A DNA stretch of 22,222 bases, from assembly GCA_938091905.1 (NCBI GenBank), contig CALKOM010000100.1:1-22222 (forward strand). Direction: 5' to 3'. Of the stretch, positions 8,354 to 16,599 are shown one piece after another; the first letter of the stretch is position 1, and the number at the start of each line of letters is the position of its first letter. Source of the stretch: an uncultured Verrucomicrobiales bacterium. GTDB taxonomy: Bacteria > Verrucomicrobiota > Verrucomicrobiia > Verrucomicrobiales > DEV007. Below the pieces are notes generated by a model. That model was given only the letters and a program-made list of their open reading frames with translations, was not told where the DNA came from and did no database searches. The position numbers and the translations under genes are program-made.

Positions 8354-8437
8354 TAGAGATGGTGTTTGGATTAAAGCGGTGAAACGCATCTCTAAACAGG
8401 CCGGACTCAACTGACTGCGCGCCGGAGTAGTCAATTG
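8354..8437. promoter_or_regulatory. Inverted repeats in the divergent ThuA/DHS-like intergenic region (candidate operator or structured leader)
   Basis: TAGAGATG (8354-8361) pairs with CATCTCTA (8387-8394). TGTTTGGA (8363-8370) pairs with TCTAAACA (8391-8398), with one G-U. CAACTGACTGC (8408-8418) pairs imperfectly with GTAGTCAATTG (8427-8437). Confidence 0.3.
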
Positions 8438-8527
8438 TCGATGGTGGTTCGCCGTTCGGTTGGGTGATGTTCCCTTCCGGCAAAGATCAGCTTGCCCTCT
8501 GCGGGCTCTGGGTCACTTACTGGTGTC

Positions 8528-9505
8528 ATGTCTACGGGGCCCGTTTCGGAGTTTATCACGCATCACTACCGTCATTTCAATGCGGCATCGCTTGTCGATG
8601 CTGCGAAGGGCTATACGTCACTTTTGGATGAGGGCGGTAAGATGTTTGTCACCTTGGCGGGCGCCATGAGTACAGCGGAGTTAGGAGTTGCCCTGGCCGA
8701 GATGATTCGGCGGGGTAAAGTGCATGGGATTTGTTGTACGGGTGCAAACCTGGAGGAGGATCTGTTCAACCTGGTGGCGCATGACCATTACGTGCGGATA
8801 CCGGGTTATCGCGAGTTGACCGGAGATGAGGAGCAAGCGCTCCTAGAGAAGCACCTGAATCGAGTGACGGATACGTGTATTCCAGAAGAGGAGGCCATTC
8901 GGCGTATTGAGAAACCGTTGCGTGACGTTTGGAGACGCGCGGAAGAGGCGGGAGAGACTTACTTTCCCTATCAGTTCCTCTATCAGATCATTCGTGAGCG
9001 GCTGGTGGAAGAGCACTATCAAATTGATCCCAAGGACAGTTGGTTAGTAGCGGCCAGTGAGGCAGACTTGCCGATTTTTGTGCCGGGGTGGGAGGATAGT
9101 ACGACGGGCAACGTGTTCGCGGCAGCCTGTATAGAAGGGGCGGTGAAGAACGTGCACACGGTGAAGCTTGGGATTCCAGCCATGATCGAGCTGGCTCACT
9201 GGTATAAGGGCATCACGGCTGAGAGTAAGCTCGGTTTCTTTCAGATTGGTGGTGGGATCGCGGGAGATTTTCCAATTTGTGTGGTGCCGATGTTAGAACA
9301 GGATCTCCAGCAAACGGGAACGCCCCTCTGGTCGTACTTCTGTCAGATTGGTGATTCAACGACCAGCTATGGGTCTTACTCGGGAGCTGTGCCGAATGAG
9401 AAGATCACGTGGGGCAAACTGGCGGTGGATACACCAAAATACATGATCGAGTCGGATGCGACTATTGTGGCGCCATTGATCTTTGCTTATGTGTTAGGTT
9501 GGTAG
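8528..9505 (+). CDS. Deoxyhypusine synthase-like family protein (possible homospermidine synthase activity)
   Basis: Probable start is ATG 8528 (325 aa). Motifs TLAGAMSTAELG, CTGANLEED, LNRVTDT, QIGGGIAGDF and GSYSGAVPNEKITWGK, the last with the catalytic-position Lys of WGK. Confidence 0.93.
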   Translation: MSTGPVSEFITHHYRHFNAASLVDAAKGYTSLLDEGGKMFVTLAGAMSTAELGVALAEMIRRGKVHGICCTGANLEEDLFNLVAHDHYVRIPGYRELTGDEEQALLEKHLNRVTDTCIPEEEAIRRIEKPLRDVWRRAEEAGETYFPYQFLYQIIRERLVEEHYQIDPKDSWLVAASEADLPIFVPGWEDSTTGNVFAAACIEGAVKNVHTVKLGIPAMIELAHWYKGITAESKLGFFQIGGGIAGDFPICVVPMLEQDLQQTGTPLWSYFCQIGDSTTSYGSYSGAVPNEKITWGKLAVDTPKYMIESDATIVAPLIFAYVLGW

Positions 9506-9575
9506 GGCGGCACAGCTGGTCTTGCTAGAAGTCACGGCCGCAATAGAGCGCAGCCCTCCAGGTGATGGTGGGAGA

Positions 9576-10085
9576 CTACCAGATTGGTAGTTTCTGCGTG
9601 CGGTCTCGTTTGCGGAACTTGAGGGTTTTGCGTCGTTTGCCTTTGGTAACATTGATCATGTTTACCTGTTGCTCAAAGGCATCGATGAGAAGGTTGTTTT
9701 GGAGGACGTGTCCCTTCAGCTTGGGCGTGCCTAGGGGGAATTCGATGTAGAGCCACGCCGTGGCGTCGTCTATTTCGTAGCCAATCCACTTGGCGGGGAC
9801 CATGGTGCCGTCGGGCTTTGTGATGCTGAGATGGGCGAGGACATAGGTTTTGACGAGAGCCTCTGCTGGCTTGGACTTGCCATCGAGAATCAGGTCTTTC
9901 TGCTTGGTCTGCTTGATAAGAATTTCTTCCAGGTCCTCAACCGAGAGTTTGATCGAAACTTCAAATGAATTGGTTTCCTCAATCCATTCGGCAGTACCAA
10001 TCGACACGTTGTGAGGATGCGCCTTCGTCGTAGGCGTGGTGACCAGAGCCAGGAGGCTGAGAAGAATGAATGTTGCGGCGCGCAC
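9576..10085 (-). CDS. Exported DUF6702-like protein
   Basis: Signal peptide ending AHPHNVS, plus EDLE, WIGYE and NNLLIDAFEQQVNMINV motifs. Starts 1 nt after the M1 peptidase stop, a pairing I recall for this family. Confidence 0.75.
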   Translation of the reverse strand: MRAATFILLSLLALVTTPTTKAHPHNVSIGTAEWIEETNSFEVSIKLSVEDLEEILIKQTKQKDLILDGKSKPAEALVKTYVLAHLSITKPDGTMVPAKWIGYEIDDATAWLYIEFPLGTPKLKGHVLQNNLLIDAFEQQVNMINVTKGKRRKTLKFRKRDRTQKLPIW

Positions 10086-10086
10086 C

Positions 10087-12426
10087 TTATTTGGGCTTGG
10101 CTTCTTCTTTTCTGTCAGGCTTTTCCTCTGCCTCAGCTGCTTCCTTGGCTTCGCGCATGGGGTTCTTGTCCTTGTACTTGAAAAGTTTGAACCGGGACTT
10201 CACGGGGCGAGACGGCCAGTGATTGTTGTCGAGATTGGCGTCAGCCGTTTCCTCTAGCGGATCAATTTGGAGACTGGCAATACGGTCTTTTGCTAGGATG
10301 AGTTTGGAGATTCTCTTAGAATTTGAGCGCCAGATCTCAGCTGGGAGGCGAAGGGTTTCTTCGGTCCCATTCTCATAGTTCACTTTAAGAATGATCGGCA
10401 TAATGACGCCGCCTTCGTTCTTGAAATCGATGGCGTAGAATTGGCGCTGGGTCTTTAGGAGGGCTTTCTCGTCATCCTTGAGATTTTTGATGAGCTTTGC
10501 GGCTTCTTCTCGATCGTTCACGGTGACATCGAGAGGGTCATAGTGGTTGTAGAAGTCGATAAGGTCAGGGTAGCGCTCAGTGCGTTTCTTCACATCGCTA
10601 TTGCGAGTTTCGGTGATTTCCGTTGGCTCTTGGTCTCGCTTGGCTTTGTCCTCAGCTTTCTCGATGTCGGGGTCGAGAGAGTCGAGATCGAGCAGATGGA
10701 CCCGGTCGATCGCGATGTCTACGTGATTCGTGGTGTAGAACCAGCCACGCCAAAACCAGTCCAGATCAATGCTAGATGCGTCCTCCATGGTGCGGAATAG
10801 ATCGGCGGGCTCGGGGCGTTTGAACATCCAACGCTGGGAAAATTTCTTGAAGGCGTAGTCGAATAATTCACGCCCCATGATGGTTTCGCGAAGGATGTTC
10901 AGGGCAGTGGCTGGTTTCCCATAAGCATTGTGGCCAAATTGTAAGATGGATTCCGAGTTCGTCATGATAGGCACCTGATCCGTACTGACCATATACTCGA
11001 CCATGTTCTTGGCTGGGCCACGGCGTGAGGGATAGTCGGTCTCCCATTCTTTCTCAGCGAGGTATTGGAGGAAGCTGTTGATGCCTTCATCAATCCAGGT
11101 CCACTGACGTTCGTCCGAGTTTACGATCATGGGGAAATAGTTGTGGCCGACTTCGTGGATGATGACTGAGATGAGGCCATACTTGATCCGTTTGGAGTAA
11201 GTGCCGTCTTTGTCTGGACGAGGTCCATTGAAGCAAATCATCGGATACTCCATGCCACCGACGGGGCCATTTACAGAGATGGCGACAGGGTAAGGGTAGG
11301 GGAAGGTGTAGCGTGAATACACGTCGAGCGTGTGCATGATCGAATGCGTGGAGTACTTGCTCCAGAGTGGCTCGCCCTCGTTGGGGTAGTAAGACATGCA
11401 CCAGACGTCTTTGCCGTGACTAGTGTGCTGGACGGCATCCCAGATAAATTTCCGGGATGAGGCCCAGGCGAAATCACGGACGTTTTCGGCTTGAAAGACC
11501 CACGTTTTCTCACCTTTCCCTTTTTCCTTCTCGTTGGCCTTGGCTTCTTCCGGAGTGACAATGAACTGCGGCACTTCGGCGGTCTCAGCTTGTTTGAGGC
11601 GCTCGCGTTGCTGTTCTGTCAGGACAGCGTCCGGGTTCTGAAGGACACCCGTGGAGGAAACGATGTGATCGTCGGGAGTGGTGATGGCGACGCGATAGTC
11701 ACCGAATTCAAGGCTGAACTCTCCGCGCCGGATGAATTGCTTGTTCTGCCAGCCATTCACATCGGTATAGGCGCACATGCGAGGGAACCATTGCGCCAGT
11801 TCGTAAATGCTGTTGCCGTCTTCTTCAAAGTACTCGTGCCCACTGCGGACGCGAACCCGTTTGGCGTCGATGATTTGATAGGTCCATCCGATGTTGAAGG
11901 TGACTTGCCCGCCTGATGGCAGTGACTTGGGTAGGTCGATTCGCAGCATGGTTTCGATGACGGCATGATCGAGCGGCTTGTCATCGGCGTCCGTCACTTT
12001 CGTGATCTTGTGGCCACCTTGGAAGTCTTCACGGATAAGCAACTCGCCCAAGTATTTGTAGGTGAACTGTTTGAGTGGCGGCGTTGTGCGGGTGGTGGTG
12101 TCCCGTGAGTCTGGTTCGAATCGATTCTGATCGAGCTGTAGCCAAAGATACTCCAACGGCATGGGCGAGTTGTTGTGATAGGTGATCGTTTCTTCACCGA
12201 TGAGGGCATTGCGATCCTCTACCAAACGGACGTTGATGTCGTAATCGGCCCGCTGTTGCCAGTAGCGATGGCCGGGCGCCCCGGAAGCTGCTCGATAGTC
12301 ACTCGGTGTGGGTAGCAGTTCGTCTAGTTGGCGAAACGGATCCTGCTCGTAGGTTGGGGGGATCTCCTGGGCGACGGTAATGGTGGTGAAGAGTAAGACG
12401 AGGAGAAGAAAGATTCGAGAGACCAT
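10087..12426 (-). CDS. M1-family zinc aminopeptidase, exported
   Basis: 779 aa. Signal peptide, GGMEYP exopeptidase motif, HEVGH-x18-E zinc motif (HEVGHNYFPMIVNSDERQWTWIDE) and AYGKP catalytic Tyr. Confidence 0.96.
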   Translation of the reverse strand: MVSRIFLLLVLLFTTITVAQEIPPTYEQDPFRQLDELLPTPSDYRAASGAPGHRYWQQRADYDINVRLVEDRNALIGEETITYHNNSPMPLEYLWLQLDQNRFEPDSRDTTTRTTPPLKQFTYKYLGELLIREDFQGGHKITKVTDADDKPLDHAVIETMLRIDLPKSLPSGGQVTFNIGWTYQIIDAKRVRVRSGHEYFEEDGNSIYELAQWFPRMCAYTDVNGWQNKQFIRRGEFSLEFGDYRVAITTPDDHIVSSTGVLQNPDAVLTEQQRERLKQAETAEVPQFIVTPEEAKANEKEKGKGEKTWVFQAENVRDFAWASSRKFIWDAVQHTSHGKDVWCMSYYPNEGEPLWSKYSTHSIMHTLDVYSRYTFPYPYPVAISVNGPVGGMEYPMICFNGPRPDKDGTYSKRIKYGLISVIIHEVGHNYFPMIVNSDERQWTWIDEGINSFLQYLAEKEWETDYPSRRGPAKNMVEYMVSTDQVPIMTNSESILQFGHNAYGKPATALNILRETIMGRELFDYAFKKFSQRWMFKRPEPADLFRTMEDASSIDLDWFWRGWFYTTNHVDIAIDRVHLLDLDSLDPDIEKAEDKAKRDQEPTEITETRNSDVKKRTERYPDLIDFYNHYDPLDVTVNDREEAAKLIKNLKDDEKALLKTQRQFYAIDFKNEGGVIMPIILKVNYENGTEETLRLPAEIWRSNSKRISKLILAKDRIASLQIDPLEETADANLDNNHWPSRPVKSRFKLFKYKDKNPMREAKEAAEAEEKPDRKEEAKPK

Positions 12427-12451
12427 AGATGACGGGCTTGATATTCTGTAA

Positions 12452-12468
12452 TTCTAGAGTTTCTAGAA
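12452..12468. promoter_or_regulatory. Perfect 7-3-7 inverted repeat upstream of the M1 peptidase (candidate operator)
   Basis: TTCTAGA-GTT-TCTAGAA, 26-42 nt upstream of the ATG at 12426, in an AT-rich patch. Confidence 0.35.
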
Positions 12469-12923
12469 ACACTGTCAATGGGCGATTGGTCGAGTGTTCT
12501 GGAAGGCTCAGCTGAAAAGATTGGCTCCAGTTTCAGATGAGGAGATTGGATTGGGATACGGACCCTGGGATGATCCTCTTTAATGACGTGAATAGCGAAT
12601 TGTGGGAAACCTCGAAGATCGTCGGGGTAGAGAGCGAGGTCGCTAAGACCTTTATTCGGCCTGGCCTACAGTGATGGTTGGTTGCGAACCTATTTCGATA
12701 GGAGCATGGGTGACAGGAAAAGGGGACAGGATCATGGCAGATCAATTGAGAGCACGACTATCATGGTCCTGACTCTCACCGTCTGGTGAGCTTGTAGGTG
12801 CTGGCCCCGTTTCGCAGCTGCACCAGGACTGGAGCTCGAAGGCGTGGTTGGGGAATCGACCGAAGCCTGTTTCTTTTCCGAAGAGCACGACGGGAGGCCA
12901 TTCTCTGGAGTTAATGTAGGATC

Positions 12924-13775
12924 ATGACACATCGACACCTACTCAGTTCCCTCGCTATTCTGTCGCTCACCTGCGCGGCAGTTCTCAACGCCGATCCGAT
13001 TCCTGATAGCTATCGGCAGAACGGCTGGTTCATAGGCACCCAGGCATACACCTTCAAGGAATTCACTGCCTTTGAGGCCATAGCGAAGACTAAGGAAGCT
13101 GGTGGCAATATGATCGAATTTTATCCTGGCCAGAAGATGAAGCCAGATTCAGACACGAAGGTGCACCACACCATGTCGGAGGAGGCCATGAACGAGCTAA
13201 AAGCTGAATGTGCTAGACAAGGAGTGCGTCCGGTGAACTACGGAGTGGTCGGCGCGAAGAATGGTGAGGAAGTCCGCGCCATCATGTTGTTTGCCAAGAA
13301 GATGGAACTCTACTCGGTGTGCACGGAATCGACGGAGCAGATTGTTGATTGGGAAGCGTGCGCCAAGGCGTTCGACATGCGTGTTGCGTTCCACGAGCAC
13401 GGCGGTTCGATGAGTAATCCTAAGTACAAAGTTTGGCATCCGCTTTACATTCTTGGCGTGGTTGAAAGTCGCGATCACCGGGTGGGTGCCTGTGCTGATC
13501 TAGGGCACTGGTGCACCTCGCATCTCAAGCCCGTCGAGTGTCTGCGTATTCTTGATGGTCGTGTGGTGAGCGTTCATCTCAAAGACAAAGCTGACTTTGG
13601 CAGGGCTCCAGTGGTGGTCGCTGGTGAGGGTGTCGTCGATGTTGCTGCCTGCTTGGAAGAACTCAAGCGTCAGAAATTTGACGGCCATATTTCAGTCGAG
13701 CACGAGAACGATTGGAAAGATAGCGTGCCTCAGGTCAAAGCTAACATCGATTTCGTGAAGGCCCACGCGAAATAG
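12924..13775 (+). CDS. Sugar phosphate isomerase/epimerase family (xylose-isomerase-like TIM barrel), exported
   Basis: Signal peptide, GTQAYTF, IEFYPGQ, AFHEH, CADLGHW, VHLKD and ISVEHE metal-ligand motifs. Confidence 0.92.
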   Translation: MTHRHLLSSLAILSLTCAAVLNADPIPDSYRQNGWFIGTQAYTFKEFTAFEAIAKTKEAGGNMIEFYPGQKMKPDSDTKVHHTMSEEAMNELKAECARQGVRPVNYGVVGAKNGEEVRAIMLFAKKMELYSVCTESTEQIVDWEACAKAFDMRVAFHEHGGSMSNPKYKVWHPLYILGVVESRDHRVGACADLGHWCTSHLKPVECLRILDGRVVSVHLKDKADFGRAPVVVAGEGVVDVAACLEELKRQKFDGHISVEHENDWKDSVPQVKANIDFVKAHAK

Positions 13776-13922
13776 CTGGGACCTTTGCATGGAACGTAGA
13801 TATTGAGAGATTCCTACTAGTATGTTAGCCATGCTCTGACGAGAGCGGTCGGTCTCACTTGGATGATAATGCTGCGGTGATCGGTAATGACCTGATGCCG
13901 TCGAGCTCGATGTGAGTGATGG

Positions 13923-14504
13923 ATGGGGGGGCTGGGGCTTATGTCGCTTAAATATATTTCAAAGTCTCCGTTGGGTGAGGATTCGAATGCCACGGATCAA
14001 TGGGTAAAGCTCTTGCAACTTACGGTTGAAGAGCGCGTTGAATTTGATCGGCTCGGGCGAGAGTTCGTGGACGGGTTCTCAGCCGCTAAATTAGCCCATG
14101 CGGTCGTGGATCGGGAACCGGACCGAGAAAGTGTCCTTGTATGGATAGTGGTGATTCCTGAAGAGGGGGCCCGTTTGAAGACTAGCTATGTTCGTGGGAT
14201 GCAAGTTCTTCTCGGCTATGATCGAGAGAGATTGATGACCGCAGTGCTGGGCTACTCTCTCTAATTAGAATTCAGCGAGTTTGGCCGTCGGCGCCTCCAT
14301 GTTGACGTTACTCAGCTTCCAAATCGGGATCGGGTGAGAGTGACTTTTACGAGTCAAGACACGGTGCACAATCTCCCAAAGCCGCAGAGAACGCAGGCGA
14401 CCGAATAGACGCTCAGGCGCGGCCAATCAATCACGTCCTGGCCTCCCGATGAGATTCCGACGAGGATCAGGCGGTTGGTTGAATTGGCATTGGAAGAAGA
14501 ATAG
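13923..14504 (+). pseudogene. Probable disrupted hypothetical gene (two in-frame stops, 5' end unclear)
   Basis: One frame stays protein-like across TAA 14262-14264 and TAG 14406-14408 to TAG 14502-14504 (...LGYSL*LEFSEFGRRRLHVDV...QATE*TLRRGQSITSWPPDEIPTRIRRLVELALEEE*). It ends 22 nt from the convergent rsgA stop. I recognised no family. Confidence 0.5.
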
Positions 14505-14526
14505 GACAGAGGTGATGTGGAGCAAT

Positions 14527-15639
14527 CTACCGACCGTAGCGTTCCTCGTCGTCAAACTCGCAGCGGTCTTCGAAGTTCCGGTGAATGCGGCGTTTCTCGC
14601 GCTTGTTTACCTTCTCCAAATGCATCTGGCGCTTCTTCTGGCGTCGCTTCAGCTCGGCGATCTCGTCTTCCAAGCAAAGGTAATTCTCAAATCGTTTGGT
14701 GTTGAGATCACCTGACTCCAATGCTTTTCGGACGCGACAGCCTGCATCTGTTCCATGCTTGCAGTCGTGGAATTTGCATGTTTCTGCTAGAGTTTCGACG
14801 TCATGGAAGTGATCGCGCAGACTTTGCTCGTCCGTCCACATCTGGATCTCGCGGATCCCTGGATTGTCGATGAGGAGTCCACCGTTCTTTAAAAAGACCA
14901 CCGTTCGCCACGTGGTTGTATGGCGGCCTTTCCCAGTGAGCTCATTGACTTCAGCAGTCCATTCGTCGCCACCCGTGAGCGTGTTGATCAAAGTGGATTT
15001 GCCGACGCCTGATGAGCCGACGCAGGCAACGGCCTTGCCCGGCCCAAAGTAGACACTTAGCGACTCAAGACCAAGACCCTCTAGGGCACTGACGAAATGA
15101 ACTTTGGCGGCGCTCTCGGTCACTTCTACAAGCGCGGTCTCTATCTCGGCCCTCTCTGATTCAGTTAGGGTTTCCGATTTGTTGATGACGATGACTGGTG
15201 CAGCACCGCTCCGTGACACGATCATCAAGTAGCGTTCAATTCGGCGTAAATTAAAGTCTGCGTCCGGTGCGGTGATGAGCATTACGGTATCGACATTCGC
15301 GCCGATTACTTGTTGCTCGGTTCCCTTGCCAGGTACTTTCCTTGAGAAACAGGTGCGACGGGGCAGGCGAGCGCGGATCACGCTGTCCTCGTCCTCTTCG
15401 GCCAAGTCGAGGGCCACCCAATCTCCTACAGCCGGTAGATCAGCATTCGTTTCGGCGTCATGCCAGACTTTGCCTGAGAGAATGACATCGAGATAGCCAA
15501 TTGAGGGCGTGTAAGCCAGGTAACTGATCTTGTTGTCCTGGACAATGAGGCCAGGCTCGTAGCCCTTTGCCGCGTGGGGCTTGAACGCCTTCTCGAACGT
15601 GGCGTTCCACCCAATTTCAGACAGAGCAGGCTTGGGCAT
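14527..15639 (-). CDS. rsgA: Ribosome small subunit-dependent GTPase A
   Basis: PAVGDWV OB-fold segment, circularly permuted G motifs NKSE / GSSGVGKS / GRHTTT / DNPG, and zinc finger CKFHDCKHGTDAGC. Confidence 0.96.
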   Translation of the reverse strand: MPKPALSEIGWNATFEKAFKPHAAKGYEPGLIVQDNKISYLAYTPSIGYLDVILSGKVWHDAETNADLPAVGDWVALDLAEEDEDSVIRARLPRRTCFSRKVPGKGTEQQVIGANVDTVMLITAPDADFNLRRIERYLMIVSRSGAAPVIVINKSETLTESERAEIETALVEVTESAAKVHFVSALEGLGLESLSVYFGPGKAVACVGSSGVGKSTLINTLTGGDEWTAEVNELTGKGRHTTTWRTVVFLKNGGLLIDNPGIREIQMWTDEQSLRDHFHDVETLAETCKFHDCKHGTDAGCRVRKALESGDLNTKRFENYLCLEDEIAELKRRQKKRQMHLEKVNKREKRRIHRNFEDRCEFDDEERYGR

Positions 15640-15643
15640 GGGC

Positions 15644-16501
15644 CTATGGAAAAGTCACCTTAGCGCTTACTGGGTAGTGATCAGAGGGATAACGGTTGTC
15701 TCTATGGATTCGATGGATTTCGCCCGAATCCACCTTGTGATCATCTCCTGACACTAATATGTAGTCGATCTGTCTGCCTTCCTTTCTGCCTTTCCAACCG
15801 CTGTAAGTTGAAGAGGTCTTGGATTGTTCTGCGGGCAGGGTGTTGTGAAAGGTGAGTGGTGCCTTGCCATCGAAGAGGTAGGTCATCTGTGGACTGGCTG
15901 GGCCGGAATTAAAATCTCCCATGAGCACAAGAGCATGCTCGTCATGCTTATTCACGAGCATTTGCTCGACGATGACACGCGGGCTGTTCTCGCGGGCCTT
16001 GACGGATTTGTGATCATAGTGAGCGTTGTAAACCGCTACGTTTCGCTTGGTTTTGAGATCAGTTAGTGTGATCCAAGTGCAGACGCGATTGCATGCAGCG
16101 TCCCAGGTATTCGAAGCGACCACGTGTGGGGTGTCTGATAGCCAGAACGTGCCATCCGCGACTTTCTCGAAACGGTCCGTGCGGTAAAAGATTGATGAAT
16201 GTTCACCCTCCGCTTTGCCGTCGTCTCTCCCGACGCCTACGTGAGCGTAATTCGGTAAAGCGGTCTCCAGGTCTTTCAACTGATTGGCGTAGGCCTCTTG
16301 AACGCCCATGACGTCTGGAGCTAATTGCCGTACGGTGTCGCACAGAAAGTCGCGACGATGCTTCCACTGATTCTCTCCGTCGTCTTCGGTATCCATGCGG
16401 ATATTGAAGGTGACGAGATTGAGCGCTAGGGCTTGAGATGGCTCGTCGTCTGCATGAACCCACGTGCAGACGAGGGAGAGAAGTAAAAATTGTCGGATCA
16501 T
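15644..16501 (-). CDS. Endonuclease/exonuclease/phosphatase (EEP) family protein, exported
   Basis: Signal peptide, TFNIR, GVQEA, GVGRDDG, NAHYDH, MGDFN, IDYI and PSDHYPV. Confidence 0.95.
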   Translation of the reverse strand: MIRQFLLLSLVCTWVHADDEPSQALALNLVTFNIRMDTEDDGENQWKHRRDFLCDTVRQLAPDVMGVQEAYANQLKDLETALPNYAHVGVGRDDGKAEGEHSSIFYRTDRFEKVADGTFWLSDTPHVVASNTWDAACNRVCTWITLTDLKTKRNVAVYNAHYDHKSVKARENSPRVIVEQMLVNKHDEHALVLMGDFNSGPASPQMTYLFDGKAPLTFHNTLPAEQSKTSSTYSGWKGRKEGRQIDYILVSGDDHKVDSGEIHRIHRDNRYPSDHYPVSAKVTFP

Positions 16502-16572
16502 GGAAACCTAGTAAACCAGTGGATTGGTGAATAGACAAGCTGCCATCCCTTGATGCTATCCGTACAGGTGTG

Positions 16573-16597
16573 GACTCTCACGCGGAGGCGCAGAGTC
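16573..16597. other. Small stem-loop immediately 3' of the sulfatase stop
   Basis: GACTCT (16573-16578) pairs with AGAGTC (16592-16597), enclosing CGC-GGAG-GCG. There is no U-tract, so I do not call it a terminator. Confidence 0.25.
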
Positions 16598-16599
16598 TC

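Noticed and set aside
8374..8390. GCGGTGAAACGC resembles a 16S rRNA segment
   Set aside because: The match is only about 12 nt with no flanking rRNA similarity, so it is probably chance.
12470..12923. Gene or remnant in the ~500-bp divergent gap (ORFs 12533-12745 and 12732-12938 on minus; a stop-riddled plus frame from 12537)
   Set aside because: No recognisable motif in any frame I read. An old pseudogene is possible but cannot be supported without a translated search.
12728..12935. Imperfect direct repeat AGGATCATGGCAGATCAA / AGGATCATGACACATCGA (15 of 18 identical, 190 bp apart)
   Set aside because: Only two short copies, one being the RBS/start of the next gene. There is no transposase or terminal inverted repeat, so chance is plausible.
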